In this document: positions 61,948-64,000 of the stretch, one piece after another
Position numbering within the stretch: position 1 is the first letter of the stretch
Layout of the letters: every line of letters starts with the position of its first letter
Source: Selaginella moellendorffii
Lineage: Eukaryota; Plantae; Lycopodiophyta
Direction: 5' to 3'
DNA: 64,000 nucleotides
Assembly (NCBI RefSeq): GCF_000143415.4
Contig: NW_003314293.1
Location: 1,198,431 to 1,262,430 of the forward strand
Program-made: the position numbers and the translations under genes
Notes under the pieces: model-generated
What the model was told of the DNA's origin: nothing
What the model saw: only the letters and a program-made list of their open reading frames with translations
Database searches by the model: none

Positions 61948-64000
61948 ATGGCCTTCAGGGTTGGGGAAAAGGTTTACATTTTGAATGGTGGGAAGAGAGT
62001 TGCAAAAGGGACCCTTGTGTCTATGGATCGGAACTTTGTTATACACTGTCAAAGGCTTGGGGAAGGCAATGCTGCTGTATCAGTAGAGACTGTCTTCGAT
62101 GGGAATGTGGTCGCTATTGAACGAGGAGAGATGGTCGTCGGGGTAAATGTTGTTGTTGCCTTGAAAAATCTTCAGAAGAAAGCAGATGTTGGGGACAACG
62201 CAAGTGCGACGCATGTTCCCTCCGTGGATCTTAAGAACCGTGCTACATGGATTCAGGCAAAAGTGTTTCTAAACAACCCCGAGGGGGAGGTGGTAGCTGA
62301 GGGCTTAGCCACAGTTGTCGATCCAAGAGATGCGGTTGCTAATCAAGAATTGGGCTGGGATGATATTGGAGTTGCGATTTTAGAGGTTGTTGACACAGAA
62401 GAAAACAATCTGACTATTGGAAGCATTGTGCGGTGGAAATTGAGGCACTTAGTGTTTGAGAATGTGAAGGATTCACAATCAAACACCACTACAACTGATG
62501 ACAGAACATCTCTTCATGGGAAAAGAAAGTACACCTTCCTAAAGCGCAGCCAAAGGGATCTGAGCAACGAACCGAAAAGGCAGAAAATGGCGATGGAGGT
62601 TCGAATGGTCTCGACAGTTGCTTGTTGCAAGAGGAGGTGCTGTCAACATGCTGATTGGGATGCTATTGAAGAGGAGAGAGCAAGATACAAGACATTGTCC
62701 TGGAAGGCAGCTCGCAATTTTGTGTATGAGGCATTACGGTCATCTGTTGATGCTTCAGAACATCAGGTGGGGGGCATGGTCTTCCAGAGGGGTTTGGTCT
62801 GCATGAAGGCATGGAGAATCATTTATGGAGTCCCTCAAACCACATTCTACAGAATCAAAACTGAGTTCGAGGAACAAAGGGTTCAACAGGCAGTCCATGG
62901 GAACGACGGTACGCACAAAACCAGGGGTCATGTTGTTGTTGTATATGGAGAGGCAATCTTCAAGATGTTTGTCGAGACATGTAGCGAGCAGCAACCACAT
63001 AAAACCCGCCTCTTGGAAGATGGAACACGAGACACCCAACGAGTTCTCCCTTCCATGTATACCAAGGGGGCCATATTGGAAGATGTGAATCGGGAACTCC
63101 AGAGTAATGGCTACAGGAAGTTGAGCCAATCTAGATTTAGTAGATTGTGGAGCAACAGGTTCAGGGATGTGAGTATAGGAAAGTACTCCAGCTTTTCAAA
63201 GTGTGACGAGTGCACTGCTATCAAAATGGCTTTGTCGAAGAATTCTTGCAGCGCTCAAGAGCGAGAGACGTTGGTTAGAAGGCGGCTCGACCACAACATC
63301 GAGCAGAGAAGCTGCAGGACTGCATATTATCATAACAGGATTCTCTCCATGGAGAGACCTGACTCTTACCTCTGCATCATCCACGACAAAATGGACCAGA
63401 AAAAGACGTGCTTACCTCGACTCAATCCTGCCCCCAAGGCAATCTCTTCATCCATGCAGCTGCCTGTGTCTCTGTTTGGCATAATCGCTCATGGGCATGG
63501 TGCCCAGAACTATGGGAACTTCTTTGTACCTCTATGGGGTGGCGGGGGTGCAAACATGATGATTGCGTCCCTAGCAAAACACTTAAGGTCTCTGCAAAAT
63601 GCGCAGACTGAGCTGAACGGCCAACCCTTGCATAAGGCCCTTGTCGATCGAACCCCATACAGGGTTCAGCTGGAGGAGGAGCAAAGGCTTGCAGTATCGC
63701 GTGGGGCCCCATGCCATCCCAGTGAATATGTTGGCCGTCAGATTGTAGGGTTATCACGTGAGGCCTCATGCCATTCCGACGAGGCTGGTTGCCCGGTGAA
63801 TGCACAGCCTCATCCAAACGAAGCAGAATCTCAAGGAAGTTCTTGCGGCCGATGTGGCCTTCCACCCCATCTTCTGCTCCAAACAGACAATGCTGGCAGT
63901 GAGAACAAAAACATGTACGTCTTCGCGTACTTGGCGATGCTTGTTGCCAAAGGCATATTTGAAACGGTTACACTTGGCTTTCTCATGGTTGGGCACACTC
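61948..64000 (+). CDS. Sola-like DDD transposase copy 2 (partial, open to window end)
   Basis: ATG GCC TTC AGG at 61948; near-identical to 26217-24170; retains LQTDNAGSENKN with the catalytic Asp. Confidence 0.87.
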   Translation, partial: MAFRVGEKVYILNGGKRVAKGTLVSMDRNFVIHCQRLGEGNAAVSVETVFDGNVVAIERGEMVVGVNVVVALKNLQKKADVGDNASATHVPSVDLKNRATWIQAKVFLNNPEGEVVAEGLATVVDPRDAVANQELGWDDIGVAILEVVDTEENNLTIGSIVRWKLRHLVFENVKDSQSNTTTTDDRTSLHGKRKYTFLKRSQRDLSNEPKRQKMAMEVRMVSTVACCKRRCCQHADWDAIEEERARYKTLSWKAARNFVYEALRSSVDASEHQVGGMVFQRGLVCMKAWRIIYGVPQTTFYRIKTEFEEQRVQQAVHGNDGTHKTRGHVVVVYGEAIFKMFVETCSEQQPHKTRLLEDGTRDTQRVLPSMYTKGAILEDVNRELQSNGYRKLSQSRFSRLWSNRFRDVSIGKYSSFSKCDECTAIKMALSKNSCSAQERETLVRRRLDHNIEQRSCRTAYYHNRILSMERPDSYLCIIHDKMDQKKTCLPRLNPAPKAISSSMQLPVSLFGIIAHGHGAQNYGNFFVPLWGGGGANMMIASLAKHLRSLQNAQTELNGQPLHKALVDRTPYRVQLEEEQRLAVSRGAPCHPSEYVGRQIVGLSREASCHSDEAGCPVNAQPHPNEAESQGSSCGRCGLPPHLLLQTDNAGSENKNMYVFAYLAMLVAKGIFETVTLGFLMVGHT

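Larger units (their letters stand above)
53004..64000 (+). mobile_element. Sola-like cargo transposon, copy 2 (inverted relative to copy 1, runs off the window)
   Basis: Starts AAGCTCTATTTCGTTAAAGTGGGA after target ATCT (53000-53003) within a gypsy integrase. Reverse-complement collinear with 34797 back to about 24170. Confidence 0.9.

Noticed and set aside
21520-64000. The two copies as arms of one giant inverted-repeat element or a segmental duplication
   Set aside because: Copy 1 has both TIRs and its own TSD; copy 2 starts exactly at the TIR inside an unrelated integrase gene.

Overview
This is eukaryotic, almost certainly land-plant, repeat-packed DNA. Supporting signs are tRNA-Met PBSs, a Cassandra 5S-LTR, TTTAGGG telo-boxes and short GT-AG introns. 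No ordinary host gene is visible; the window is a nest of transposons. LTR content: a TRIM with inverted LTRs (3330-4003); two decayed copies of a Ty3/gypsy family 'B' (4285-6640, 49093-53003); a young non-coding LARD-like element 'A' (6702-14313) inside an older copy of itself; and a chromovirus family 'C' (young copy 35513-43240 inside the LTR of an older copy). The family C integrase is split by two spliceosomal introns, and the young copy carries a captured Cassandra module. The main find is a 13.3 kb TIR DNA transposon (21520-34797, 4-bp TSD), with a second copy at 53004 to >64000 and a 287-bp MITE derivative at 34211-34497. It encodes a Sola-like DDD transposase and, divergently, one multi-exon cargo protein of about 1650 aa: ParB-like, amino-methyltransferase-like, acidic linker, FCP1/NIF HAD phosphatase. 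Its whole body carries more than 20 copies of a 22-bp palindrome ATGGCRTG-N6-CAYGCCAT. A separate AT-rich relic (44122-49092) shares a small SPYYTP gene with it and carries a clearer beta-class N4/N6 DNA methyltransferase-like pseudogene. All domain calls were made by eye from motifs; no database searches were run.
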